Below are positions 32,210-41,904 of a stretch of 64,000 nt of DNA, one piece after another. The position numbers and the translations under genes were made by a program. The DNA is taken from positions 124,001-188,000 of the forward strand of contig NW_005434561.1 in NCBI RefSeq assembly GCF_000315625.1. The letters are read 5' to 3'. Positions within the stretch are counted from its first letter, which is position 1; each line of letters opens with the position of its first letter. The stretch comes from Guillardia theta CCMP2712 (taxonomy: Eukaryota; Protista; Cryptophyta). Under the pieces are notes generated by a model. That model did not search any database and was not told where the DNA came from. It saw only the letters and a list, made by a program, of their open reading frames with translations.

Positions 32210-34117
32210 TTAATCTAGTAGTTTAGATATCCATTGACCATTCACTCTTTCTAAGGCATACTTTTTTATTGTGCTTGCCCTAACCTTACCCTCTGGCAAG
32301 TCATTGACGCGTCTCACTGCCTTCTTTATGCTTATCTCCTTTTTGTTCTCTTCATAGTAATTATGTTGATACTTGTTATAGGCATCCTTACCTATCTTCT
32401 GAATATAGCGTTGTTGTGCCTTATATGCCAGATTCCGCGGGTCCTTATATCCTTGGGCTGGTGCTCTTGGTTGTGGGATTACTGCTTGGCGCATGTTTGC
32501 GGGGGTGTTTGCGGGGGTGTTTTCTTGTATTGTTATCGGTCCCTCGTTATCATCGCGTGGTTCCTGCTTGATTCGTATAATATCGGTCGGCAATAGTGCC
32601 TTCTTGTAGTTCTTATATTGTGCTATTATGCTGTTTCTCATCTTCAAGCTGACATCAGTTAAAATGTTCGCCGATGCGTTGTTTGAGTGTAGCCAAGTAA
32701 TAAAGGACGAACGGAACATATTAACGCCCAACCGATGGCCTTGAAACATAGCCGCAAGGTACTTTTCCATGTTGCTCTTAGCCGGTGCGTTCATGTTATT
32801 GACCTGCGTTATGTAATACTCACGAGGATATAAGGCGATGCTCTCCCTTACAAAGTCGCTAAGCTTGTAAGCCAATGGGTTTATATCATTAGGGTTGTTG
32901 AACCAACCGACCTTATACCTGATTGGGGAATGCCCTTTATGTGCCTTATTGAATACGTACATAATAAGGCCATTCTCTGGGACATAGACATAGTTGGTCT
33001 TTTTGTCTAGGTTCTCGAGCGTGTGCGTTATCTTCATATTGTTCAATTCACTCCTCACGGGTGGTGTATAGAGATATGACATCATTATAATGGTGTATGT
33101 ATGGAATTTATAGGCATCTGTTGAGTTATCACTGAATGCCTTTATGAATGTGTCGAGCATCTCCTCGGTCATGTCCAGTAGCATTCCAAAGGGAAGGAAT
33201 GTTTGCTGCTCGTACTTGTTCAGTCTGTTGATACCTTCCTGTGATAGGATGATGCCCATATGAAAGTCGGTCGTTATCATACTCATCTTATAATACAGTT
33301 CGTGCTCATCTCCTAGACATATCTTTATCAATCTTGTAATGGCCTTTAAGTCATTCCAAAATGTGCTTAGTGATTGGCTTTTATTGAACCTATAAACGAG
33401 CATATCAAGGATTATCGCCCTGTGATTCTCAACCATCCACGTGAGATTCTCATCTATCCTATTCGATAGCGTCTTATCAATTATGGATTTGAGCACCTGA
33501 TATGTGTTCTTGTCATTGCTTACCTTTCCGCCTACATACTTATTATCTTTTATCTCTTGGAGGGTGGGCTTGTGGATATAATTGAGGTTTTGGTATTGCT
33601 CCTTAGTCAAGTCATAGGCGTATATCTCGTTTGTCCAGCTATTGGGACCGTTTATGTTATTATCGATTCTCTCTTTCATCTGTTCCATTTTCTGGTAGAT
33701 AGTGAAGGCATATCTATCATCATTGTAGAAGTCGAACTTGAAGGTTTTGATTGACTGCGTTATGTCCTTGCTAATATCATCTGAAACCTTCCTAAGCAGT
33801 TTATAGCTACTTGGAAGCCTGTATTTCTTGTTAAGAGGGTGTTTGATGGTCCTTAGTGGGTTGTCCTTTGGAACTGGTGTTCTTGGGTCTATTATCTGAA
33901 TGGCTGGCAACACTGCCGGAGGTTCTGTGGCCGGGATTGGTTGGATTAGTTGTCTTGGTTGTCTTGGTTTCTTCTCATTCTTGGCCTCAGTCGGTTTCAG
34001 GTAATTAACGGGCTTATATCTCTGCGTCGGTTTCCTCTCCCTAGCGGGGGTTGCGCCCCCCGACGGCGCTGTTCTTTTGCTCAAGCTTTTGCGCGAAGCG
34101 GAAAAGGTTGCGGCCAT
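32210..34117 (-). CDS. Tyrosine recombinase (PLV/OLV11-like integrase)
   Basis: Catalytic spacing YTPPVRSE (R), FNKAHKG (K), LGVNMFRSSFIT (N-x-x-R), KMRNSIIAQYKNYKK (Y); basic N- and C-terminal extensions. Confidence 0.78.
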   Translation of the reverse strand: MAATFSASRKSLSKRTAPSGGATPARERKPTQRYKPVNYLKPTEAKNEKKPRQPRQLIQPIPATEPPAVLPAIQIIDPRTPVPKDNPLRTIKHPLNKKYRLPSSYKLLRKVSDDISKDITQSIKTFKFDFYNDDRYAFTIYQKMEQMKERIDNNINGPNSWTNEIYAYDLTKEQYQNLNYIHKPTLQEIKDNKYVGGKVSNDKNTYQVLKSIIDKTLSNRIDENLTWMVENHRAIILDMLVYRFNKSQSLSTFWNDLKAITRLIKICLGDEHELYYKMSMITTDFHMGIILSQEGINRLNKYEQQTFLPFGMLLDMTEEMLDTFIKAFSDNSTDAYKFHTYTIIMMSYLYTPPVRSELNNMKITHTLENLDKKTNYVYVPENGLIMYVFNKAHKGHSPIRYKVGWFNNPNDINPLAYKLSDFVRESIALYPREYYITQVNNMNAPAKSNMEKYLAAMFQGHRLGVNMFRSSFITWLHSNNASANILTDVSLKMRNSIIAQYKNYKKALLPTDIIRIKQEPRDDNEGPITIQENTPANTPANMRQAVIPQPRAPAQGYKDPRNLAYKAQQRYIQKIGKDAYNKYQHNYYEENKKEISIKKAVRRVNDLPEGKVRASTIKKYALERVNGQWISKLLD

Positions 34118-34234
34118 TTATTATTGACAAACAAATATTTACTAGTCATAGCACGCTTTATGTTAATAACCCGATAGACTATGAACCCTCTTTCATTAAT
34201 TACTCTTTATGTAAATCATTTTTTACTCAATGTT

Positions 34235-34503
34235 GGCAATTCAGGCATTTTTACCTTTATCAGTGGGCCCGCCTCAGTACATCCATTTTGTTTTTTTTTT
34301 TTCCCAGGCGTACCGCCCGTGGGTGTTTTAATGATGTCCGGGCCCAGTGGCCCAGTGGCCCAGTGGTCCGGTGGCCCGGTGGTGGCCCGGTGGTGGCCCG
34401 GTGTGGCCGGTGGATAGGTTGTTCCCGGCCTGTCGGCTTTGGGAATCGAACCCGCGTCGTTACAGTGGCTAGCGGCCCTATATCCCAAAAAGGCTAAATT
34501 GCC
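34235..34503 (-). ncRNA. Candidate Pol III-promoter structured RNA (VA-RNA/SINE-like)
   Basis: TATA at 34535-34525, A-box-like TAGCCTTTTTGG at 34496-34485, B box GGTTCGATTCC at 34452-34442 with tRNA spacing, complementary termini GGCAATT/AATTGCC. Confidence 0.4.
34341..34412. repeat. GC-rich 8-11 bp tandem repeat (GGCCCRGT)n
   Basis: Directly visible. Confidence 0.85.
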
Positions 34504-34553
34504 ATACTAATGCCCAAGACATAGTTATATATATAGGGCTGTTGGGAGGGAGG

Positions 34554-35665
34554 AGGCAAGAGATAGAGTATGGTTCGTTGGATGAAGAGGAGGGAGATGA
34601 TGCCTGAGGGAGATGATGCCTGAGGGAGATGATGCTATTATCCTCTATTGAATATGTTTTTTCCCTCTTGAAAAAAAAGATAGTAATAAAACAACCAAGG
34701 ATAAGGGGGGTGAAAGATAAGGGGGGGTTTTGAAAAGTATTTTACAAATCCATCACAAAAGGTCCAAACACTTACCAAATACCCCCCCTTATCCTTGACC
34801 CCCCTTATCCTTAGTTCATTCACTACTAAACAATCAAACAATGTTGAAGAAATAAATGACTTAGTAGCTCAAAGGGGTATGTGTGAGCGTTAAAAGGTTA
34901 ATCGGAAGTTTGCGTCAATCACTTAGTAGCTCAAAGGGGGTGGTCAATTGACCACCCAACTTAGTTGGGTGACTATTTAATAAAAACATCATAGGATGCT
35001 CACATGTTAGTAGTTGCGCCTCTTAGAAAGGCCCTTATATTGATTACATACGGTGTGTTATATTTTTTACCCCCTCACCCCACGTGTATATTGTGTTTTA
35101 TACATTGCTTCTTCGGACATTTAGAGGGCTGACAAATAAGCCCCTATTTGTTCCTTTTGGTCACGAATGGTCACGACATTGCTTCTTCGGACATTTAGAG
35201 GGCTGACAAATAAGCCCCTATTTGTTCCTTTTGGTCACGAATGGTCACGAAAGCATTTATTCAGACCATTGTAAGAGCTGACAAATAAGCCCCTATTTGT
35301 TCCTTTTGGTCACGAATGGTCACGACGACATCGCACAGCGCATTGTAAGAGCTGACAAATAAGCCCCTATTTGTTCCTTTTGGTCACGAATGGTCACGAC
35401 GACATCGCACAGCGGCATGAGCTCTCCATCTCCCCGGGCCACATCTATTCATAGAGGTTCTACGGACATATAGCTAGATATTGGGGGAGGTCATCATATG
35501 AATGATGTATTCCCGGTAGTGTGCTAGGCTCTGACAAATATGGGGTAAATTTGCTGAACAATTATGACAAATTTGTTCAAGTTGAGCTGTAAAATTCTGA
35601 ACTTTTACTGACAAATTGTTCAATATTTGTCAAATTGGTCATGAATGGTCACGAAGCAAATACTC
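34554..35665 (-). repeat. Right terminal inverted repeat of PLV
   Basis: Reverse complement of 12791-13813; ends ...GAAGCAAATACTC followed by TTAGAG. Confidence 0.95.
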
Positions 35666-35670
35666 TTAGA

Positions 35671-36259
35671 GCTGACGGAGCAGTGGAAGGAGCTGAAGCA
35701 CAACTACGCTCGGTCGTTCTAGTAGGAGGCACCGATGGCATCTTTGTGAGAGGCCGCTTATGGCACCATACAAGACTTCTGGAGGGAAAGCCGATGGAAC
35801 GTGTTTGGTCTGTTTGTTTTCAATCCGCTGCCAATTCCTACTTTCGTTGCCTAGGTTCTATGCAGCTTTGTTTGAGCTTAGCTTTGCTTGAGCTTAGCTT
35901 TGCTTGAGCTTAGCTTTGCTTGAGCTTAGCTTTGATTTTTTTTCGATTGATCATTATTAAACCTTCTTTGCTTTTTGATTACAATCCGGCCAATGTTTGT
36001 TTGCGTGAGTTTTCCTTGAGTGGATCAGGGGATGTTGGATCTTGGTTTACACGCCTCTTTCAAGAAATCCATCACCGTGACAGCAAGGGATCTCATGACT
36101 TCGGATGACTGCGAGAAGAAGCAGAGCATTCAATCGCTGCCAGTCCTCGGTGAGGGTATTCATTCATTCTTTCTCAATACCGTTCACTCGTTTAACACTG
36201 ACTGAATAGCAAGGAGAGCGATGAAGCCCGCAGAACCGCCTCAGAGAGAGATCACCGAT
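35671..36259. repeat. Segmental duplicate copy B, right part
   Basis: Matches 11363-12030 except for minisatellite copy number and a few substitutions. Confidence 0.93.
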
Positions 36260-36430
36260 TGACATGGGTTTAATTCGTAACGTTGTCAGCAGGCGCAATT
36301 TCTATATCCGTTCTTAAGTCACAAGCCGGGCCTTGCGCCTGCATATCCTTGGCTAATCGAGTCTCCTTCATCGCAGACCCATCCGTGTTCCGCTTCTCTC
36401 GGATTGCTTTGCGCCTTCTTCCATCCGTTA

Positions 36431-36622
36431 TCATGCTCCCAGAAAGCGCTACGGCTGAGCTACAGGCAGCTGATGAGCGCGCATCGGGCAACAGCTCATG
36501 ACAGCTGCAGATCGGGCCACCGTACACCCTCGAGCCCCTCGAGCCCTCAGAGCCGGGCGCCCAGGACGAGGCTGACGGAGCAGTGGAAGGAGCTGAAGCA
36601 CAACTACGCTCGGTCGTTCTAG
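36431..36622 (+). repeat. Third copy of the ~190-bp exon-like segment containing the PLV target site
   Basis: TCATGCTCCCAGAAAGCG...TCGGTCGTTCTAG near-identical to 11223-11413; encodes ...RAPRTRLTEQWKELKHNYARSF*. Confidence 0.9.
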
Positions 36623-37065
36623 TTGCAGCGATGGTTGAATACATGAGTCAAGCCAACCGTTGCTTGGACAAAGTGAAAAGCGACGTAAGGAAATAAATGA
36701 AGCATTCATTGCATCACTCTTAACTGATCTCGTTACATGGAGCTATTGATTTAACTTGTTACGTTGAGCTATTGACTCTTGCTTGGGATAATGTGACGGT
36801 AGCTTGGGCCGAGCAGGAGGGACTAGGTGAAGGGTGGGTTCTCGGGGCATGGGAGATCGACGAACCGGATTCCCACTTTACAGCCGAGGGCCGGCATGCT
36901 GTTTCACGGACTCTGAACGGTGCTGACAGCTGGAACAGTCATTTACCTGACGAAAAAGATCGATTTCAAGGACAGTAGGCACGAAACGTTGAGTTTTGAG
37001 ATTGTCACGAGGACATTGTCAGCAGCCAGAAAGTTCGAGCTTTATCTTCGTTATCATAGCCTCTT

Positions 37066-37560
37066 GTGCGCCTCTTATTTCACCTCCTTCCAACTTATTT
37101 GCCGCCCCTCGCCCTGCCCGCCCCCTTGTCGTTTCTTATCAACTCCTGCCCCTACAAGCCTGCCATCGAACTTCTTACCTATCCCCATTGTGCGCTCAGT
37201 CTGTCTGAACAAGCTACGGAAACAATGCACGTCTCTCCTACTCCTGTCGACTCCTTCCTCTCCTTCTACGGCTTCTCCCCCTCGACTTCCGTGGTCTCCA
37301 CTCCTGATAACCTCGTCACTGACTTCACCGATATACCCGACGAGCTCAAGGATGCTCTTTCCTGTGACTGCAACGATTGTGAATGTCCGGCGCTTCCATC
37401 CTGCCCTTCTCAGATCGCTCCCTGCAAGGACCACGGCAAGCCTTCCTATCGCGAGTACGTGCGGTCGAGAAGAGAGAGGTGCAGTCGACGCCAATCAGCG
37501 ACAGGGTCGTGGATGGAAAGCTGGAGGGTACGGTCGGACTTATTCCGGCGATCATTCTAG
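37066..37560 (+). CDS. Possible small Cys-containing host protein
   Basis: ORF with CDCNDCECPALPSCP..C; exon structure unresolved. Confidence 0.3.
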   Translation: MRLLFHLLPTYLPPLALPAPLSFLINSCPYKPAIELLTYPHCALSLSEQATETMHVSPTPVDSFLSFYGFSPSTSVVSTPDNLVTDFTDIPDELKDALSCDCNDCECPALPSCPSQIAPCKDHGKPSYREYVRSRRERCSRRQSATGSWMESWRVRSDLFRRSF

Positions 37561-37869
37561 CCAGACGAAGGGTCAGAAAGTGAAATAGGAGGCACCTGTA
37601 GCGTTAGTGTAAAGTAAGTTGTTGTACACTATGTCTTTTGTGTCATTTGCCCGTTCTTACAAACTGATGATGGAAGGAAAGTAGGTGAAGCTTATTCAAT
37701 CAACAGAAGATCTTTTATGTGTTCTGACATTTACAACAACACTCCGCTCATCGCGGATCTGATCCGTTGAATTATTTCACAACATCAAACGTAGAACATC
37801 AAACGAAAGCATGTACAAGAGGTGCTAGTTCACGAGTTGAGATCGAGCAAACAAGTCACGAGCGAACAA

Positions 37870-40548
37870 CTACTCAGTGATGGAGTCGATGAAACGGCAG
37901 AACCTGATCGCGTACTTGGCTGGTGGCTGGGAGGAGCATCCTCCTCCTTCGGAACCTTCGAAAGTCTGACAGCCAAGTCACTCGTACACGAGGCGAGGGA
38001 TGAGAGTTGGAGAGGGACAAGCAGGAGGAGGAGCCTCACCGTCTTCCACATCCTCTCCAACTTCTTCCTGCGGGTGTAGAGCATGAGGATGTCGATTATG
38101 CCCATGAAGTATCGCTCGCCTACCAGCACATTAGGAAGCTCTCAACCTTGACCTCTCCCACGTTCCCCTACCGGTAAAACTGCCGTCCGCCATGCACCCC
38201 TCGACTCCTCCCTGCGACACATTGCCATGAGATAGGGAAGAGATGATACAAATTTTTCCGGTCCTACCGCGTTGAATCTTCCAGGGTCCCCGATGTCCTG
38301 CTGAGGAGAGAAGACAAGTCAGATACTGGAGGAGGAGGTTCGAGTGCTGACCATGGCCATGTTCTCGCTGTGCATGTCTTCGTGCGTCCTGTCGTCTTGA
38401 TAGATCGACTGCGGCGCTGTCCCTCCCGGCAACCCGATCGTCGAGCTTCGCCCATATTGCTCCTGGTCTCTCTCATGGATGCCGAGAAGGAGACTGTAGT
38501 CCATGATCTTCAAGCTCATCAGGAAGTGACAGTCCGATCTGATCTGATCCATGAAAGCTTTCTTCCTCTGAGGCCCGAGCTTGATCTTGACCCCCATCTC
38601 CTTGATGTCCAGGTCCTTGAGGATTGCTCGAGGACCCTTGGCCTTGTCAGCTTCAGAGGCTGCTCGTCCTAACGTGCTGCCCTTGAGGTCAAACCGCCGA
38701 TGGATCGCCAGGTTGGTAGCGTACACGTTGTTCATCACCACAAAGCGTACATTCCTCCCATACTCTGGTTTCCACCGATGCAGCCCGTAGAAGCGCGGCA
38801 GGTAAGTCCCCGGGTTCTGACGGACGTGTTGGAAGTAGTTGGGCAGGATCTCGAGCAGGAGCTTTGCCTCTCGTTTCGGGAGGGTCTTGACGATGAACTT
38901 CATGTCATTGCTGAAGAAGAAGAGAGAGCCGCTCTTCCCGGGCGTCCCCATGATCCTCAACGCGTTACTACCATCCGCCTGCGTGTTGCACAGAGCCACC
39001 ATGTAGTCAGCCGTGTCGATGTCGAAGATGGCGCGCAAGCTGCGGAAGACAGCAGGAGCGTAGTCCTTGAACTTGAACGCAGGGCCCTCGTGCGGAGGTG
39101 TTATGCTGCTCCCCCCCGTCGGAAACTTGAGCTTCACCTGTTCACATCATTTCACTGCGGCAGCTTGTGAAGGGGAGGCTGCTCAGCATCACCGTCTCGT
39201 GGAAGGCTTCGAACTCCGGCTCGTCCTCCTTCGAGATGCCATGGTTGTTCATCCCCACGTTCACCCGAATCCCCAGCTGAGGTAGAGCATCAGTTTTCAC
39301 GTGACGAGGAGGAGGAGGGGGTTCAAAGGCTGCAAAAAGGGGGGGTTCACAAGCACAAACCTGCAGCCCGCAGGCCATCTCCCATGCGACATGCCCTTTC
39401 CTGTCGACTATCTGCAGGTGGGATCAGCAGGGGGATGGGGGTCGACCTACCCTACCTCTCCAACTTCGTTCAGTTTGTGAACTTTCATGTGCTTTCGCTC
39501 CCACAGCCCGCCTTGCCTGGGGAACATACATGTCAATTCGCCGCAGCCAGCATTCTTTGGCGGAAAAGTCTCATGTGACATGTTCACGCACTGTCACCTG
39601 CTCTTTGAAGATCTCTTCTCCCTGCTCCTCAAGTTGGTGCCACTGCCGACCCTGCGCTTGCCCTCGTATTCGCCGTCGCTCTTTGAGGTATATCCACCGT
39701 CTTCATCATCCCCTGCTCTCGCCTTCAGCCGTCGCTTTCACTCCTCCTAACAGGATACGGACCTGAGTCTGACATGTGCCCTTTCCTCTCCTTGGAAGAG
39801 GAGGCTGTTCGTGAGAACTCTACATTTCCAGCAGGGAAATGATCTTTCTTGTAGTATCCTTGAGGACCGTCACGGGGTATCAAGGCAAACATTATTCTTT
39901 CTCACCTGCTCTGCTGTGATTTCTTTCCCCACCACGAAAGTCTCTATCATCTGTTATCTCGTTCCCGACCTCCATAGGAGCAGGTCGAAGGTAGATCCGA
40001 GAATCGCCAAGCTGCGCGTGGCTGGTTCCCTTCTTGTAGTGGATGGGACCTTCTCCTCCCTCCTCTCCGTCCCAGTCACCCTTGCTCGGCGCATGCGGCT
40101 TCAAGTACTGCTCTGTTTCGTTGGTCACGTACACGAAGGGCCTGTTCCGCTCGCTCGTCTTGGGAGGAGGCAGGTGAATGTCGCTGGGGTGAGGGGGGAC
40201 AGCGGCTGTCGAGATGTGACTAGGGGCAAAAGAAAGGATTGATGTTTCCTCGTACCAGCAATCACCGTGGAGCCGTCAGAAGGCACGACTGGGTTGTGGT
40301 CTGCCAAGTTAGTCTTGAAGTCGACAGCCACTGAGCAAGCAAGAAAATGTCAGGAAGTACAACAAGTAACTCTTAGATCACCAGGGTGATGGGACGGAGA
40401 GTGCGGCGGGACGAGGGTGTGGGAGGCTGACGAAGAGTTTTCTTGCGTGATCAGACTGTGGGAATTTTCATTCCCATCTTTACACAGACATGCAAACATA
40501 CCGAAAACCTTCGCTGGGCCTCAAAACTCCGGACTTGTCATAGACCAT
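37870..40548 (-). CDS. PIP5K: Phosphatidylinositol-4-phosphate 5-kinase, multi-exon
   Basis: FKFKDYAPAVFRSLR, GKSGSLFFFSND.KFIVKT, FDLKGS, LKDLD, IMDYSLLLGIH, YFMGIIDILM.Y..RKKLE; start codon tentative. Confidence 0.92.
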
Positions 40549-41650
40549 GCTCTGTGCTATCGGGGTAGCAGGATGTAACTTGAATTCAATTTCAGGGGCA
40601 AGGCCAGTTTGAAATGAAATTAGACGTACGGCAGTGAAGGTGCTGATGCTTGAGGCGACGAGTCGAGCTCTCTGAATCGCCTCCTCCTACACATCAGATT
40701 AGGAGCGAAGAAAGGAGCTCGCTTCCTCCAGTTCTACATCGGTCTCCACTCCTCAACTCTGATTCCTCCTCCATCCCTGGCCTCCCGTACTTCCCTCTCC
40801 ACCTTATTCATCGTCCATTCCTTGCCATCTCACCTGCCGAGCCATCGCCTGCTCCCTGAGCCTCATCGCGTCCTCCTTCACCTCCGCCGCTGTACGCGCG
40901 TCCGGCATTGTGGGGGAGTTTACTCTGAGTCCCACTGTTCCCACCCGTCGGTTTAAGACGGGTGGGGTACAAGTTAAAGAGAAATGACCGGGTAGATAAC
41001 CTCAAATAAAGACTAAAATCAAGGGTTGGGGTGCTTTTTGTACCGGTAGTGTTTCCCTCCATACTCTTGCCGTGACGGGTGGAAGCATGTGCCTATATGA
41101 GAACTGGGGTGGCCAGCTCTAGGTAGTATTAAAAAAGAGGGTAGGGGGTGATACCTTTGAATGTACAATCACAGAGGTATCTAGTAATTGAAAATATGTT
41201 ATGACTATACTTAAATAATTTTCATGGAGGACTAGGAAGTCAGTTCACAAACTTTTGTTTTACAAGTTTGATGTGGGGGTGGATGTTAATTTTGGGAATT
41301 ATGGGGTAGGGTGCCCTTTTCAGCACCGGTCCTCTAGAATCCACTTTGCAGAACGAACTTGGAGTGCTGCTGTAGGGGGTAGTCTATCATGGTACCCGTA
41401 CAGTCAGACACCCTGTTTTTGCAGTAAATCAGAGGGGTGGCTGGAGGGGTGGAGGTGGCTCAGATGAGAATGAGGGGGATGAGATAGTTGAATGCGCGGG
41501 GATGAGGTTACCAAGAGGGTTTGGTGGGGGATGAGGGCCACTCCCAGACTGGCCGTTACAGTCTGGGATGTGTCAGGGAGAGGAGAAGGAGCAGGCGGAG
41601 AAGGAGGAGGAGTAGGAGGAGAAGAAGGAGAAGAAGCAGGAGGAGGAGAA

Positions 41651-41716
41651 TCAAGATCAAGATCAAGATCAAGATCAAGATCAAGATCAAGATCAAGATC
41701 AAGATCAAGATCAAGA
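41651..41716. repeat. (TCAAGA)n microsatellite
   Basis: About 11 perfect units. Confidence 0.95.
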
Positions 41717-41904
41717 TATCACAACGAGGGGAGAAGAAGGAAAGGGAAGGATTGAGCGGTTGAGCAGTGAGGGAAGGAAATTTTCAAAAAAGGACCGATG
41801 GGGGCAGCGAGCAAGGATAGTTGCTTCTAGACGAAAGCAGATCGGATTTATCGAAGAGCAACAACAGGCAGGTTGATCTCTCCGTAGCTCACTTCTCCAG
41901 AGCG

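Larger units (their letters stand above)
12791..35665. mobile_element. Endogenous Polinton-like virus (tyrosine-recombinase type), ~22.9 kb
   Basis: ~1 kb TIRs; intronless, densely packed AT-richer ORFs; MCP, mCP, packaging ATPase, Tlr6F-like, D5-like helicase and YR; flanks rejoin to recreate the host sequence seen at 11351-11380 and 36560-36590. Confidence 0.93.

Noticed and set aside
34431-34503. Possible tRNA gene
   Set aside because: Has a B box but no local acceptor stem, T-stem beyond 3 bp or anticodon arm; kept only as a Pol III promoter candidate
12791-35665. Classification as canonical Maverick/Polinton or as a virophage
   Set aside because: No protein-primed PolB, RVE integrase, 6-bp TSD or cysteine protease seen; gene set fits a YR-type PLV
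40900-41480. G/C-tract-rich intergenic stretches (also 45000-45160 and 59190-59700) as possible non-autonomous elements
   Set aside because: No terminal repeats, TSD or second copy identifiable within the window
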